From a virus (lineage: Duplodnaviria > Caudoviricetes): DNA of 55,919 nt. Shown here one piece after another: positions 36,247 through 46,132 of the stretch; the stretch's first letter is position 1, and every line of letters begins with the position of its first letter. The notes beneath the pieces are model-generated. The model was not told the DNA's origin. It searched no databases and saw only the letters and a program-made list of their open reading frames with translations. The DNA is taken from the IMG/VR virus record IMGVR_UViG_3300032285_001768, positions 1-55,919 of that record, one strand, 5' to 3'. The position numbers and the translations under genes were made by a program.

Positions 36247-38605
36247 TTTGGTTCCTTGTAGGCTGGTTTGTAGTGATGTGCGTGCGCTCCCTGGCAATAC
36301 CGCCCCTGAACTGGGCAATATTCTCTTGTGAACGCATTCTTTCTTGCGCAACTTGTGCATTTTGCTGCAACTTCTGCTGATCCAATTGCAACGACTGCGC
36401 TTCCAACGCCAATTTCTGTTGGTCGTTCTGCGCACGCTGCGCCAACTCCTGCTTCTTAAGCTCAACAATCGGATCAGGCTGCTCGTTACCACCGTTAAGT
36501 TGATCCTGCAGATCTCTCATGTCCTTTATGTACTGCGCAATCTTTAGCGCAATCATGCTTTCCTTCTGAATAGCTGAAACCATTCGGTCAGGATCGCTTC
36601 CATATGACTGGAACAGCTCCGCTTCCACGGTTTCCTCCGCTTTTAAGCGAACATGCTCCATGATGTGTTGCTGGAACGCAACGGCGACGCCAACATTTGA
36701 CTGAACCGTAGGCGACATGCCAAACATCAAGTGAGCAGCAATGTGCGCATCATGCTGTTGCCCCGCAAACGCTTTAACCTTCATGGTATCCATGATGTGC
36801 GCGTTTTCTGTCGCCGGATCTTTCGGGAACTGAGCATTTTGAGGCTTCAACAACCCCGAAATATCCCGAACATTCAACGCCGCATACACCCGATAGTACG
36901 CTTCGTACATGTCGTGCATCTGCGGAGCACTCTGCGCTAACTGCAGTTGCGTTTGCGCCAGAGTGATTCTTTGCGTGGTCGAAAAAATGTTGGGGTCAGA
37001 TACCGGAAGGACCGCAACCAAGCTGTTAAAGTCCTTGCGCTTGATCGACCGACTGGCTCCAGGGACGTCATACGGATAGTTTTCCGGTAAATAGTCAGCA
37101 AAACCTTCCGCCAGGAGCTCAAACTCCATCGCCTGCGCATAATGCAGCCGCTTATGGATCGCGCTCATCACCATGGAGCCACGCTCAAGCAGCGCCATCG
37201 TTGTTCCTACCTGCGCATTCTGGTTACCATCCCCAACCATCATGTCCGCAGTACTGGCCAACCGCTTTCCAGCGTCAACCAAGAACCCAAGCAGCTGAAA
37301 CAACGTCTGACTCGGCTCTTTGTACGGCAAAGGCAACAAAGATGCCGACAATTCCGCACCACCCGCGTCAATATCGCGCCATTCACCCGGCTGAATCGGA
37401 TTATCACTGTCCGCGATCCGCGCACCCTTCGCCTTGAAGCCCGCCGGCAGGTTTGACAACGTCCCCGCATCCAACAGCTGGCGCAAAGCCGACGTCGCAC
37501 CCTTCGACAAACTGCCAATCAGGTGAACAAACCCCAAGCCATACGCACCAAGGCCCTCGACAAGCACGTAATGGACAAAATAATTGCGCCGACGCTTTAA
37601 TTTGTCGCTTTCTTTCCAATTCCGACGCACGCCAACCACTTGCAACGAGTCTTCCGAGAACGTCACAACATACGGAAGCTTGATTTTTGTCGGCTCGCCG
37701 TCCTCATCCTTGTCCTCAAACCCCGGAATCTCCAAATCGACCTGCATTTCCAGCAAAAAGATTTCTTCCGCTTGGTCCGTTGGCCGAACTCCAACAATTT
37801 TGTCCGTTGCTTTTGCAATTTGAGTTGAATCAGTGGGCTGTTGCTCGGCTTCCAAGTCCACATCCAAGTACTCACCGGCCACTACGCGCTTGCGAAACTC
37901 ATTCGCATCCATCGCAATCCGGTGCGTGACCCGCGGACACTGAGCAATCACGCTCGATCCGTTGTATGGAATATACAAATCATTAGCCAAAACCAGCTTA
38001 CTGACCATCCGCCCCAACTGAGCGTCGTAATAAACCTTTTTGAACGTCGAACCACCGTAGCCGGTATAGAACAACAACTGATCAAACTCGGGCGTGTACT
38101 CACGCATCACGTGAGTAATCTGATAATTCATGAAATCCTGGACGCGACCGGCCTGCTGGACCTTGTCCGCAGTCTCTTTGCCCATAATCTCCGTGCGCAC
38201 AGGCCCGCCCGCAGGCATCAATTCCTTAAACGCTTGCGCCTGGAACTGAACAATCGCCTCTGTCAGCAACGGATGCGCCGCATTTGACGCGCCACGGAAT
38301 GGCTTGGTCTTCTCTTCAAGCTTCAAGCCCAACAGATCAAGGCCCTTGGCGTACATCTGCTCCCAATCCGAGCGCGAGGACTTGTCTGCTTCATACATCT
38401 GAAGCAACTCCATCGCGATCTTTCCAAGGTCCTGCTCGTCAATGACCTCCGCCAGGTTGGCGTAAAAATCTACTTCGTCCTCTTCCCCTATTTCAACGGT
38501 CGCCCCACCGTCATCCTCCAGGACAACTTCAATGTCCGGGGCCTGCTCATCAAGGACCGCGATGCCCGTACTCGGAGCTTCTGAGAAGGATTTTTCAATT
38601 GACAT
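36236..38605 (-). CDS. portal protein (789 aa)
   Basis: HPLLTEAIVQFQAQA, GSTFKKVYYD, YGLGFVHLIG, LRQLLDAGTLSNLP; C-terminal Gln-rich coiled coil like the P22 portal barrel; position after terL. Confidence 0.85.
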   Translation of the reverse strand: MSIEKSFSEAPSTGIAVLDEQAPDIEVVLEDDGGATVEIGEEDEVDFYANLAEVIDEQDLGKIAMELLQMYEADKSSRSDWEQMYAKGLDLLGLKLEEKTKPFRGASNAAHPLLTEAIVQFQAQAFKELMPAGGPVRTEIMGKETADKVQQAGRVQDFMNYQITHVMREYTPEFDQLLFYTGYGGSTFKKVYYDAQLGRMVSKLVLANDLYIPYNGSSVIAQCPRVTHRIAMDANEFRKRVVAGEYLDVDLEAEQQPTDSTQIAKATDKIVGVRPTDQAEEIFLLEMQVDLEIPGFEDKDEDGEPTKIKLPYVVTFSEDSLQVVGVRRNWKESDKLKRRRNYFVHYVLVEGLGAYGLGFVHLIGSLSKGATSALRQLLDAGTLSNLPAGFKAKGARIADSDNPIQPGEWRDIDAGGAELSASLLPLPYKEPSQTLFQLLGFLVDAGKRLASTADMMVGDGNQNAQVGTTMALLERGSMVMSAIHKRLHYAQAMEFELLAEGFADYLPENYPYDVPGASRSIKRKDFNSLVAVLPVSDPNIFSTTQRITLAQTQLQLAQSAPQMHDMYEAYYRVYAALNVRDISGLLKPQNAQFPKDPATENAHIMDTMKVKAFAGQQHDAHIAAHLMFGMSPTVQSNVGVAVAFQQHIMEHVRLKAEETVEAELFQSYGSDPDRMVSAIQKESMIALKIAQYIKDMRDLQDQLNGGNEQPDPIVELKKQELAQRAQNDQQKLALEAQSLQLDQQKLQQNAQVAQERMRSQENIAQFRGGIARERTHITTNQPTRNQNAS

Positions 38606-38617
38606 GTTTTAGTCCGG

Positions 38618-41600
38618 TTATTCTTCACGAGGCCCTGGAAGACCTAGTCTTGCACGAATTGCTTGTGCTCTGGCTCGCAATCGTTCGCGAGCATTGGGAG
38701 GAGCAGGAGCATCAGCAGGAGGAGGAATCCCCTGACCACCTTCTCTCGCTTGTCGACGTGCAATTATACGTTCAAGGGCCTGCAGTGCATTCTCGCCTGG
38801 ACGAAGAAATAAATTGGGATGGGCTTCAATTGCAGCCATCATAAGCTCTTGACCCGGAGGAACTCCTTCAAGAAGGTTTACGTTTCTAGGTAAAGGAGTT
38901 TGGGTCACAGCCCGCGGACCACGGTTAGGACGAGCTTCTAGGTAAGCGTTTTTCCACGAGAATCCTTCCCCACCACCGTAATGGCTTGGAATAGAGTTTA
39001 CATCTAGATTAGGAATGCTGTCTAAAAATTTAAAAATTGCTTCTTTATTGTCAAGTGGATTGCTGTTAGTGGGGCCTTGAATTTGATTAATTTTTACTAA
39101 GCCATTTGGAGAATCCGCAAGATCTATTGTGACTTCAGGCTTGTCCATTTTTGGACGGAAACTATAAACGCGGGTAGTGCCTGCCTCAAAAGCAGGTCTA
39201 CCACCCAGGTTATAATCTTCTTTTGTTGAATACCCGCCAACAGAATGCCTCATTTGGGCACCTTCAACCTCAACTGCCTTTTTTGTTCCAACTTGATACC
39301 AGCCAGGAACGTCTTCTACAGGTTTAAGGCCCTCTCTTAATATGTCATTGACGGCCTTTTTGGGGTAGGATTGACCATTTCGAATTGCAAGTATAAGTTG
39401 TGGAAATTCCCTGCTTTTTTGCCATTGCGGGTATGCGGAAATAAGTGCTTCATCAGCATTCATTTTTGACAATTTGTCAGCTGGAATAGATGCTAACAAG
39501 GAAGCCGCTTCAGAGCCACTCATGCCTGGCAAAGGCAATTGAGCCATGTCATATACTGGCTCATTTCTTTGGATTGCGTCAATAATCCATTGATAATTAG
39601 GGTCTCCGGCCCTAACTGCTTCAACTAGTTTTTGAGCGGGAACTTCTTTGTTATCAAATATTTGTTTTGCATAATTTTCCAGCGATAACGCATCATAGGT
39701 TGGTGGAAGTGTTTGATATTCGTCTGGAACCCCTGCCTCGGTCAACTGCTTGGCTATTAAATCCCTTGTTCGTTCTGCCGCCTTATTTTGATTGTTGTAG
39801 CCCACCATCCAATCATTAGTTGGATTTGGAAGATCCATGATTGTGGTTGGCCTAACCGTAGAAGCGCGGTCATAAAAAGTATGGAAATCTTCTAGGGCCT
39901 GTTCTTTTTCGGCAAAAGACTTCTTTTGGGTATTTGAATAAGGCAGTGTTTTTTGAAGTTCTTTTAGTTCAGTTTTAATTTTTGCAGCTTCGTCTTTAAG
40001 GCCCTGTTCCTGCGCAGCTTGCGCGGCCTGCTTTAGCTCATTAATTCTTGGTTGGGCGGCGGCAACTTTGTTTTGAAGTTCCAAGCCTTCTTTGGCCGCA
40101 TCAATCATGTACGGACGGAACGCATCGCTTTGTGGTGCCGGAGTACTAGCAGACCCTTCCACCCGTCTATTAAGCAACGCCATTCGAAGGGGGTCTTCAT
40201 GCGTTCCCAGTGATTTTTTAATAAATGGGGCAAGTTTGTCCGCAAGAAAAGTTATAACGTCTGCCCGGCCACTGGGTACGGCTTGCATTGCGTCTTTAAT
40301 AAACGATTCCAGCCCAGTAAGATTTGATTTAACGGGACCTTCCGGCGTATCAACAGTGACTGAACGCTTCCACTGCCCGCCAGGGATTTTGACAGCCATG
40401 CCCAGCGAACCAGCCGGGGCTTTGCCCGTTGCCAGGCTTGCAAGCGACGTATTTATCGCCGCCTCTGGCACCTTCTCCTCGTCAAACCGACCAGTTGTTA
40501 ACGCCTGACTGGACAGGTTGTACGGCAACAAGAGATCTTTCACGATGTTTGGCGCAATAAACTCGGTCTTGCCATTTCGCTTGATTGGCATTGGCAAGAA
40601 CGTGCCCCGCTTCTCGTTCACCGAAGGGTCAAAGCCCATGGTGCGCTGGATAAACTCGTCCGTCGTCTCGCCACCCGCCTCGTCCAGGGCCGGGGTCCGC
40701 GCAACTTTCTCTCGCGCCGCCGCTACTCGCGAGCGTTCCGCTATCTCAGCACGTTGCCTGGCCTGATTGGCCGCCTGTCTGCCAAAAGGATTTGGTGGTG
40801 CGACATACCCCTCGCCCTCTTCCGGGCTGCCATCGGCACGTTTAGGCAAGTTCACCAGCACGTCCCGTCCCTGACCAGGAGGCATCTTCCGACCCGCATA
40901 CTCGCGCAACCGTCCATACGGACCTTCCGTCACCACAGATGGGACAGCATCCAAAGCTTCTGACCCAACCCGCGGATTAAAGTCGTACTTGTCCTTGATG
41001 ACAAAGTTCCCTTCCGGCCCAAGACCATACTTAAACTGCCCAAGCGACGTGGCCAACGACTCCGTAGGGGTCTTTCCACCAGACAAGCTGCGACTTTCCT
41101 GGACCACGCCCTTTGGATAGTCAGAGTACTTCACTTCCGGCAAAATCTTCCCAAGCTTGGCAAGATCTCCTGCCGCACCAGACATTACCAACCCACGGCG
41201 ACGAGCATTAGAAGGCTCTTCGCCTTCCGCCAAAGCCATCAAACCAGGCGTAAACTGCCCCGCCTGAAACTTCTTGATCATGTCCAAGTCAGATTGGTAT
41301 TGCGACTTCTCTTCTTTAGACAACTTTCCCTTTAAAGCCGCTTCCAAATGCTGACCATACTTGGTCAAAGGCTCTTCCAAACCCTTATACCGACCACGAA
41401 CCATCTCATCCATCTGCGCTAACTCAGCTGGATTGAAATTCTTCTCGGTGATCTGACTCCGATCCCCGCCCCGAACACTCTCTAAAAAGATTCTCTTGTT
41501 CGAGGGCAGTGATCCTTGGTCCATGATCCTTGAATACAGATCCAAGGCCGGCTCAACAAGGTACTTGTCGCCAAACGTCAGCTTTTCGTCCGGGGCACCC

Positions 41601-43747
41601 GCTTTAGCAGATGCCCCGCCCGTAAAATTTGAGGCCTCTCCCCCCTCCGCAAATCTTCGCTTAGATAGATTCTGTCGCATTAGGTTCGACAACATGGCCT
41701 TTGCAGTCGCCATCTGCTCCGGAGTGGCCTGGCTTGGTCCTTGGGCCGTGGACATTGAACTATAGTTCATGGCCATCCCAGCAGGACGACCCTGCCTATC
41801 CACAATCTGACTGGCCTGCTGCGTGCGCACCGCCTGACGATTCGGGGAACTCACAACCTGCGTCTTTCGCGGACCCGTCAACTGCTCATACCCCTTGAGC
41901 ATCTGCTTCGCCCCAGACGCTTCGTTATCATCGTCCTCCTCAACAAGCCCACCTTCCGCTTTTGTAACAGGCTGCTGAATAAACGACTGAAACGTCAACG
42001 GATTAATTGTCGGAATAGCAATTAAATTGCCCATCCGATCATACGTCTGCTTGTATTGCCCTAAACTAGTCGGAGTTAAATTAGGACTAGCCGCTATTTT
42101 AGTTTGCGCTGGAGACGTTGAAAAATACTTACTTGGGTCAAAACTAAACCCGGACGGCAAATAGCCAATCAAAGAATTTAAATTTTGATTGTTATTGTAT
42201 GCCGTATTGAACTTACTTAAATCAACCTGGGCCGGAGTAAACGAACCCTGAGCAACTCCATAAGAAATGGGTGCTGTTACATTTGGGGTTCCACCAGCCG
42301 TCGGAACTACAGTTGGAGACGATAACGGCACATACGGAATGTTCGTATTGCCCAAGGTTCCCGTATCAAGGCCCGTTATGGGCTGATACGGAATGTTTGT
42401 ACCCGTTTGGGTCGGAACATTTGTCGCCGTATTAACATTTGTCTGCGTGACAATCTGTTTTGGGAGTGTTGTGGTCGTTACGTTAGTGCCGCCAGTACCT
42501 CCAGTACCGCCCGTTCCACCCGTTCCGCCTGTTCCACCCGTTCCGCCTGTTCCACCCGTCTGCACTTGACCAGCAGATGGAATAACAAAATAACTCTCGC
42601 TAGGCGTCATCGCCTTAAGCGCCGCGGCCTCCTGTGCAGTAGTCATGGCCCGCGGGTCCATGCCCGCGCGATTCAAAGCGTTTTCCGCTATCGCCTCACC
42701 AATAACATTCACTCCAGGATGCGCATGCGCATACGCAAGCGCCGCCGCATCATTAAACGTCGGATTAGCTGGAGGCAACACCATTACCTGGTCGCCACTT
42801 AACCTACTAACCTCGGCGGCCAACTGATCCGAACTCATGCCGGACGTATTAACCCCCTGCCCATTCAAAAACGATTGCGCCACGTCCATTCCAATCGTAT
42901 TGACCGCAGGTCCGCCACCAGCAAAATGCTGCACTGCACCACCCTTGGCATACGCGCGATTAACCGCATTAGGGTCATACTGGAACGGCAAAAAATTCCT
43001 ATTGTTCTTCGGATCGTACATAATCGGATCCGTATACCGCCCTAACGCCGGCAAGTTCTTATTGGACCGCGCTATAAAATCAGCGGTGGTCGGAGTCTGC
43101 GGCTTAACAGGTGCTTTATAAGGAATCTTGTTCAACGCAGCACTATAGTCATCCCACATCCGCTTGGAAGAAATCGCCGGATCTTCCATCTGCGGTGCCG
43201 GAGGCCCCATCTGCCCAGGCGCAAGTTCGGGAATATAAGAACGAAAATACGACCGAACATCCTTTGGGGCCCCAGTCGCCGGGTCAATCGGCAAAGTCGG
43301 CACACCCGCCTGATAATTCTGATACCCGCTACTCGCATACGGGTTATTGTTTAGCCTAGAACCACTACCTCTATTAAAATAGTTGTTAAGCTCGACCATC
43401 CGCGACGATTCCTGCCCAACATACTGGTCCGGATCAACCGTAGTACCCGGCGGCGCAAAATATGTTGTTCCCACCGTACCGCCAGTGACAGGAGGACCCG
43501 ACGTGGTTGAAGGACCACTTGTAGCCGGGGGCGCAGATCCACCGCCGCCCGCGGCAGTGTCAGGAACCCAAACCTGATAAACACTCCCACCACTCTGCGA
43601 GTTGTCTACCGTCTCGTAATGGCCACCACTTCCGCCGCCACTACTTACATCTCCACCCTGCAAAAAGTGCTGAACAGGCATCCCCTGCTCCTCGTCATCC
43701 ACCGACGGATCATAAGGACGAGAAAGCGCGTTGATGTCCATTTCCAT
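38618..43747 (-). CDS. 1709-aa mosaic protein with a C-terminal PcfJ-like domain
   Basis: Uninterrupted ORF between terL and portal; EGAQMRHSVGGY...VYSFR...PEVTI...INQIQG.TN near aa 1495-1565; several xxGG motifs. Confidence 0.75.
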   Translation of the reverse strand: MEMDINALSRPYDPSVDDEEQGMPVQHFLQGGDVSSGGGSGGHYETVDNSQSGGSVYQVWVPDTAAGGGGSAPPATSGPSTTSGPPVTGGTVGTTYFAPPGTTVDPDQYVGQESSRMVELNNYFNRGSGSRLNNNPYASSGYQNYQAGVPTLPIDPATGAPKDVRSYFRSYIPELAPGQMGPPAPQMEDPAISSKRMWDDYSAALNKIPYKAPVKPQTPTTADFIARSNKNLPALGRYTDPIMYDPKNNRNFLPFQYDPNAVNRAYAKGGAVQHFAGGGPAVNTIGMDVAQSFLNGQGVNTSGMSSDQLAAEVSRLSGDQVMVLPPANPTFNDAAALAYAHAHPGVNVIGEAIAENALNRAGMDPRAMTTAQEAAALKAMTPSESYFVIPSAGQVQTGGTGGTGGTGGTGGTGGTGGTGGTNVTTTTLPKQIVTQTNVNTATNVPTQTGTNIPYQPITGLDTGTLGNTNIPYVPLSSPTVVPTAGGTPNVTAPISYGVAQGSFTPAQVDLSKFNTAYNNNQNLNSLIGYLPSGFSFDPSKYFSTSPAQTKIAASPNLTPTSLGQYKQTYDRMGNLIAIPTINPLTFQSFIQQPVTKAEGGLVEEDDDNEASGAKQMLKGYEQLTGPRKTQVVSSPNRQAVRTQQASQIVDRQGRPAGMAMNYSSMSTAQGPSQATPEQMATAKAMLSNLMRQNLSKRRFAEGGEASNFTGGASAKAGAPDEKLTFGDKYLVEPALDLYSRIMDQGSLPSNKRIFLESVRGGDRSQITEKNFNPAELAQMDEMVRGRYKGLEEPLTKYGQHLEAALKGKLSKEEKSQYQSDLDMIKKFQAGQFTPGLMALAEGEEPSNARRRGLVMSGAAGDLAKLGKILPEVKYSDYPKGVVQESRSLSGGKTPTESLATSLGQFKYGLGPEGNFVIKDKYDFNPRVGSEALDAVPSVVTEGPYGRLREYAGRKMPPGQGRDVLVNLPKRADGSPEEGEGYVAPPNPFGRQAANQARQRAEIAERSRVAAAREKVARTPALDEAGGETTDEFIQRTMGFDPSVNEKRGTFLPMPIKRNGKTEFIAPNIVKDLLLPYNLSSQALTTGRFDEEKVPEAAINTSLASLATGKAPAGSLGMAVKIPGGQWKRSVTVDTPEGPVKSNLTGLESFIKDAMQAVPSGRADVITFLADKLAPFIKKSLGTHEDPLRMALLNRRVEGSASTPAPQSDAFRPYMIDAAKEGLELQNKVAAAQPRINELKQAAQAAQEQGLKDEAAKIKTELKELQKTLPYSNTQKKSFAEKEQALEDFHTFYDRASTVRPTTIMDLPNPTNDWMVGYNNQNKAAERTRDLIAKQLTEAGVPDEYQTLPPTYDALSLENYAKQIFDNKEVPAQKLVEAVRAGDPNYQWIIDAIQRNEPVYDMAQLPLPGMSGSEAASLLASIPADKLSKMNADEALISAYPQWQKSREFPQLILAIRNGQSYPKKAVNDILREGLKPVEDVPGWYQVGTKKAVEVEGAQMRHSVGGYSTKEDYNLGGRPAFEAGTTRVYSFRPKMDKPEVTIDLADSPNGLVKINQIQGPTNSNPLDNKEAIFKFLDSIPNLDVNSIPSHYGGGEGFSWKNAYLEARPNRGPRAVTQTPLPRNVNLLEGVPPGQELMMAAIEAHPNLFLRPGENALQALERIIARRQAREGGQGIPPPADAPAPPNARERLRARAQAIRARLGLPGPREE
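42489..42560. repeat. GGT-tripeptide tandem repeat (9/18-bp period)
   Basis: gttccacccgttccgcct repeated; encodes TGGTGGTGG... Confidence 0.85.
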
Positions 43748-43788
43748 GAGATTCCCTGGCCAGGGTTAAAGTTCCCACATTTTAATCT

Positions 43789-45246
43789 CTAATAGTACTC
43801 CGTCACAAGCTCCTGCGATCCCGGCTCATCCGCTTCATCCGTCTCCAACGCAATAAAGTTACCCGCACGAAACCTCATCAAAGCCTGCGTCGTGCTGTCC
43901 ACCATGTCATCATTGTCCCCATTCGGAAATGCCGCGCACTCCTCAACAAGAGCCTCCGCCCAATCCGTGTCCGGTGCCCACACCATCCCCGCCTCCAACA
44001 TCGGCGCAACAGAATTGGCCCTCGAAATCTTGTCCGTACCCGCCCGCCGTCCTCCCGGAGAGTACATCGTCACAGGTATCCCCACCCGCCGCAACTCCTG
44101 CTGCAACGTCACACCCGTCGCCTTCGCCTCAATCAAAACATTATCCGGCTTCCAATAATCATACTGCGCCTTCGCCACACGCTTTAACTCCGGGAAATCC
44201 CACCTCCCCTTCTTCACATCCATCAAAACAATATTAGGACCCGAGTCCTGATCAGGATGAAACACGCCCCACGTCGTAATCACACTATAGTCAGCCGTTT
44301 CCTTCTTTGAATACGCCGTGTCATACGACTGAATAATGTAATCCACAGCAGGCGGATTCTCCGAAGGCCAAACCTTCCACCACTCCCTCTTCAAAATCGC
44401 ACCCTCATCATTCGTAGGCTGCTGCTGCCACTGCGCCTGCCACTTCTGCACGGACAACGCTGCACGCACACTCTGCAACTCCGACAACTGCCAAAACTGC
44501 GGCCACAACGGATTGCCAGACGGCAAAATCGCCGGAAACTCAATCACCTCCCAACTGTCAGCCTTGTGCGACGTCTGCTGCTTCACCAACCTGGCAGTCA
44601 AATCCTTCGTCCCCCAGCGCGTCATCACCACAACAATCGCACCACCAGGCTGCAACCGCTGCCGCGGACCCGATGTGTACCACTCCCACGCATTGTCCAA
44701 CGCCATCTCACTCAACGCATCCTGCTCCGAATGCGGATCATCAATCACCAAAAGATCCGCACCCCGCCCAGTCATCGCACCACCCACACCAACAGCAAAG
44801 TACTCCCCGCCCTTGTCCGTCTCCCACCGGCCCGCCGCCTTGCTATCAGCCTGCAACGTCACCTTCGGAAACACCTCCTTGTACTCCGTCGAATCCATCA
44901 AGTTCCGCACCTTCCGGCCAAACCGCACAGCTAACTCACCCGTGTGCGTCGCCTGAATGATCTTGGTCCGCGGACGATGGCCCATGACATACGCCGGCAG
45001 CAAATAGGACGCGAACTCAGACTTTGTATGCCGCGGCGGCATATTAATAATTAGCCTTTTTAAAGAGCCGTCAACAACTCTATTAAAGGCATTGGCCATC
45101 TTTTCATGGTGCGAGCCAATGATTGCCTCGGGCCAAACATAACGGACAAAGGAAAGAAAGTCTCCTTGTGCCTTGTCTAATACCTCAAGCTTCGCGAGCC
45201 GGTATTCAAGTCTTAGTCGTTGGGCTTCTGCTTCTTCAGGGGTCAT
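43789..45246 (-). CDS. terL: terminase large subunit
   Basis: INMPPRHTKS, TGRGADLLVIDDP, VMTRW, SYDTA, IEAKATG, DDMVDSTTQA. Confidence 0.95.
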   Translation of the reverse strand: MTPEEAEAQRLRLEYRLAKLEVLDKAQGDFLSFVRYVWPEAIIGSHHEKMANAFNRVVDGSLKRLIINMPPRHTKSEFASYLLPAYVMGHRPRTKIIQATHTGELAVRFGRKVRNLMDSTEYKEVFPKVTLQADSKAAGRWETDKGGEYFAVGVGGAMTGRGADLLVIDDPHSEQDALSEMALDNAWEWYTSGPRQRLQPGGAIVVVMTRWGTKDLTARLVKQQTSHKADSWEVIEFPAILPSGNPLWPQFWQLSELQSVRAALSVQKWQAQWQQQPTNDEGAILKREWWKVWPSENPPAVDYIIQSYDTAYSKKETADYSVITTWGVFHPDQDSGPNIVLMDVKKGRWDFPELKRVAKAQYDYWKPDNVLIEAKATGVTLQQELRRVGIPVTMYSPGGRRAGTDKISRANSVAPMLEAGMVWAPDTDWAEALVEECAAFPNGDNDDMVDSTTQALMRFRAGNFIALETDEADEPGSQELVTEYY

Positions 45247-45594
45247 TGGCCAATTGCTTTAAAAATTTGCAAAAAATTTTTTTAGAAACATGATTGTAAC
45301 CAAAGGGGGCCTGTTTCTGCCAATTCATTTTTCGGTCGTCATCCATTGTGTGAAATCGGGCTAAAGCCTGCGAAGCCCGGGCGGGGGCCCAAAAACCGGG
45401 GGCCGGGGTCCAAGCAAGCGCCGTGCCATGCGACATTCGGGGCCGGGGATCCTCGGGCCATGCTGCAGTGCACAATGCCCGCGACCCGCGCCAATCCTAG
45501 CATTGTCCACGATCCATGTTGCATTGCACAATCGGCCATCGATGCCTGAACGATCGCGCGCGATCCATGCCCGCATGCCACATGCGACACAATG

Positions 45595-45671
45595 CCACGG
45601 CCCACGGCCCACGGCCCACGCGTCATATACACGGAACAATCAAGCATTCACCACGGCCCGCGGCCCACGGT
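45595..45671. repeat. two clusters of CCACGGC heptamer tandems
   Basis: ccacggc x3 + ccacgcg (45595-45622); ccacggc-ccgcggc-ccacggt (45651-45671). Confidence 0.85.
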
Positions 45672-45721
45672 CAAGCTTGAGCCCGACGCGTGCCAATCGG
45701 GCCGGCCTATGTTGGGGGCAT

Positions 45722-45748
45722 AAAAAAACCCGGGCATCGGCCCGGGTT
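45722..45748 (-). terminator. rho-independent terminator closing the early block
   Basis: AACCCGGGC-CGAT-GCCCGGG-T7. Confidence 0.85.
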
Positions 45749-45768
45749 CGAATGGCCAATGGCCTAGT

Positions 45769-46038
45769 CTATGGCGCGATCGATGCCCGGGCCGCAAGAT
45801 CGTCCGCAAGATCAAGCTCAAGCTCAGGTATACGCAACGCGGCCGCAAGCTCAAGCTCGCCGGTAGCGATCGCATCGGCGAGGTCATCCGTGTAATAACT
45901 CGCAATAACGGCCGGCCGGCCCGGGTTAGCTGGATTAGGGCCGCGAATGACCGCGTTGTAATCGCCACAATCCCGATCGTGGCCAATTCGCAGCACATAG
46001 CCCCGATGCGAGCGTACGTAAACAGCTATCGATTCCAT
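45769..46038 (-). CDS. hypothetical early protein (89 aa)
   Basis: Leader hairpin and GGAGAAAGTGAGA before MESIAV; terminator downstream. Confidence 0.7.
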   Translation of the reverse strand: MESIAVYVRSHRGYVLRIGHDRDCGDYNAVIRGPNPANPGRPAVIASYYTDDLADAIATGELELAAALRIPELELDLADDLAARASIAP

Positions 46039-46132
46039 TCTCACTTTCTCCGATTAAATCGGGCCCGGATCGGGCCCGGGCCAATGATGGCACATAAACA
46101 CGAATGCAACAAAAAAACGGCGAGCCCGATCA

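Noticed and set aside
45595-45671. CRISPR array
   Set aside because: Repeats are contiguous 7-mers without spacers, and no cas genes are present
45729-45760. tRNA suggested by GGTTCGAAT
   Set aside because: No cloverleaf; the motif is the edge of a terminator stem
45236-45998. Overlapping ORFs 45236-45475, 45339-45647, 45361-45639, 45428-45895 and 45648-45998
   Set aside because: Open by chance in GC-rich palindromic DNA; they cross a terminator or repeats and have no RBS
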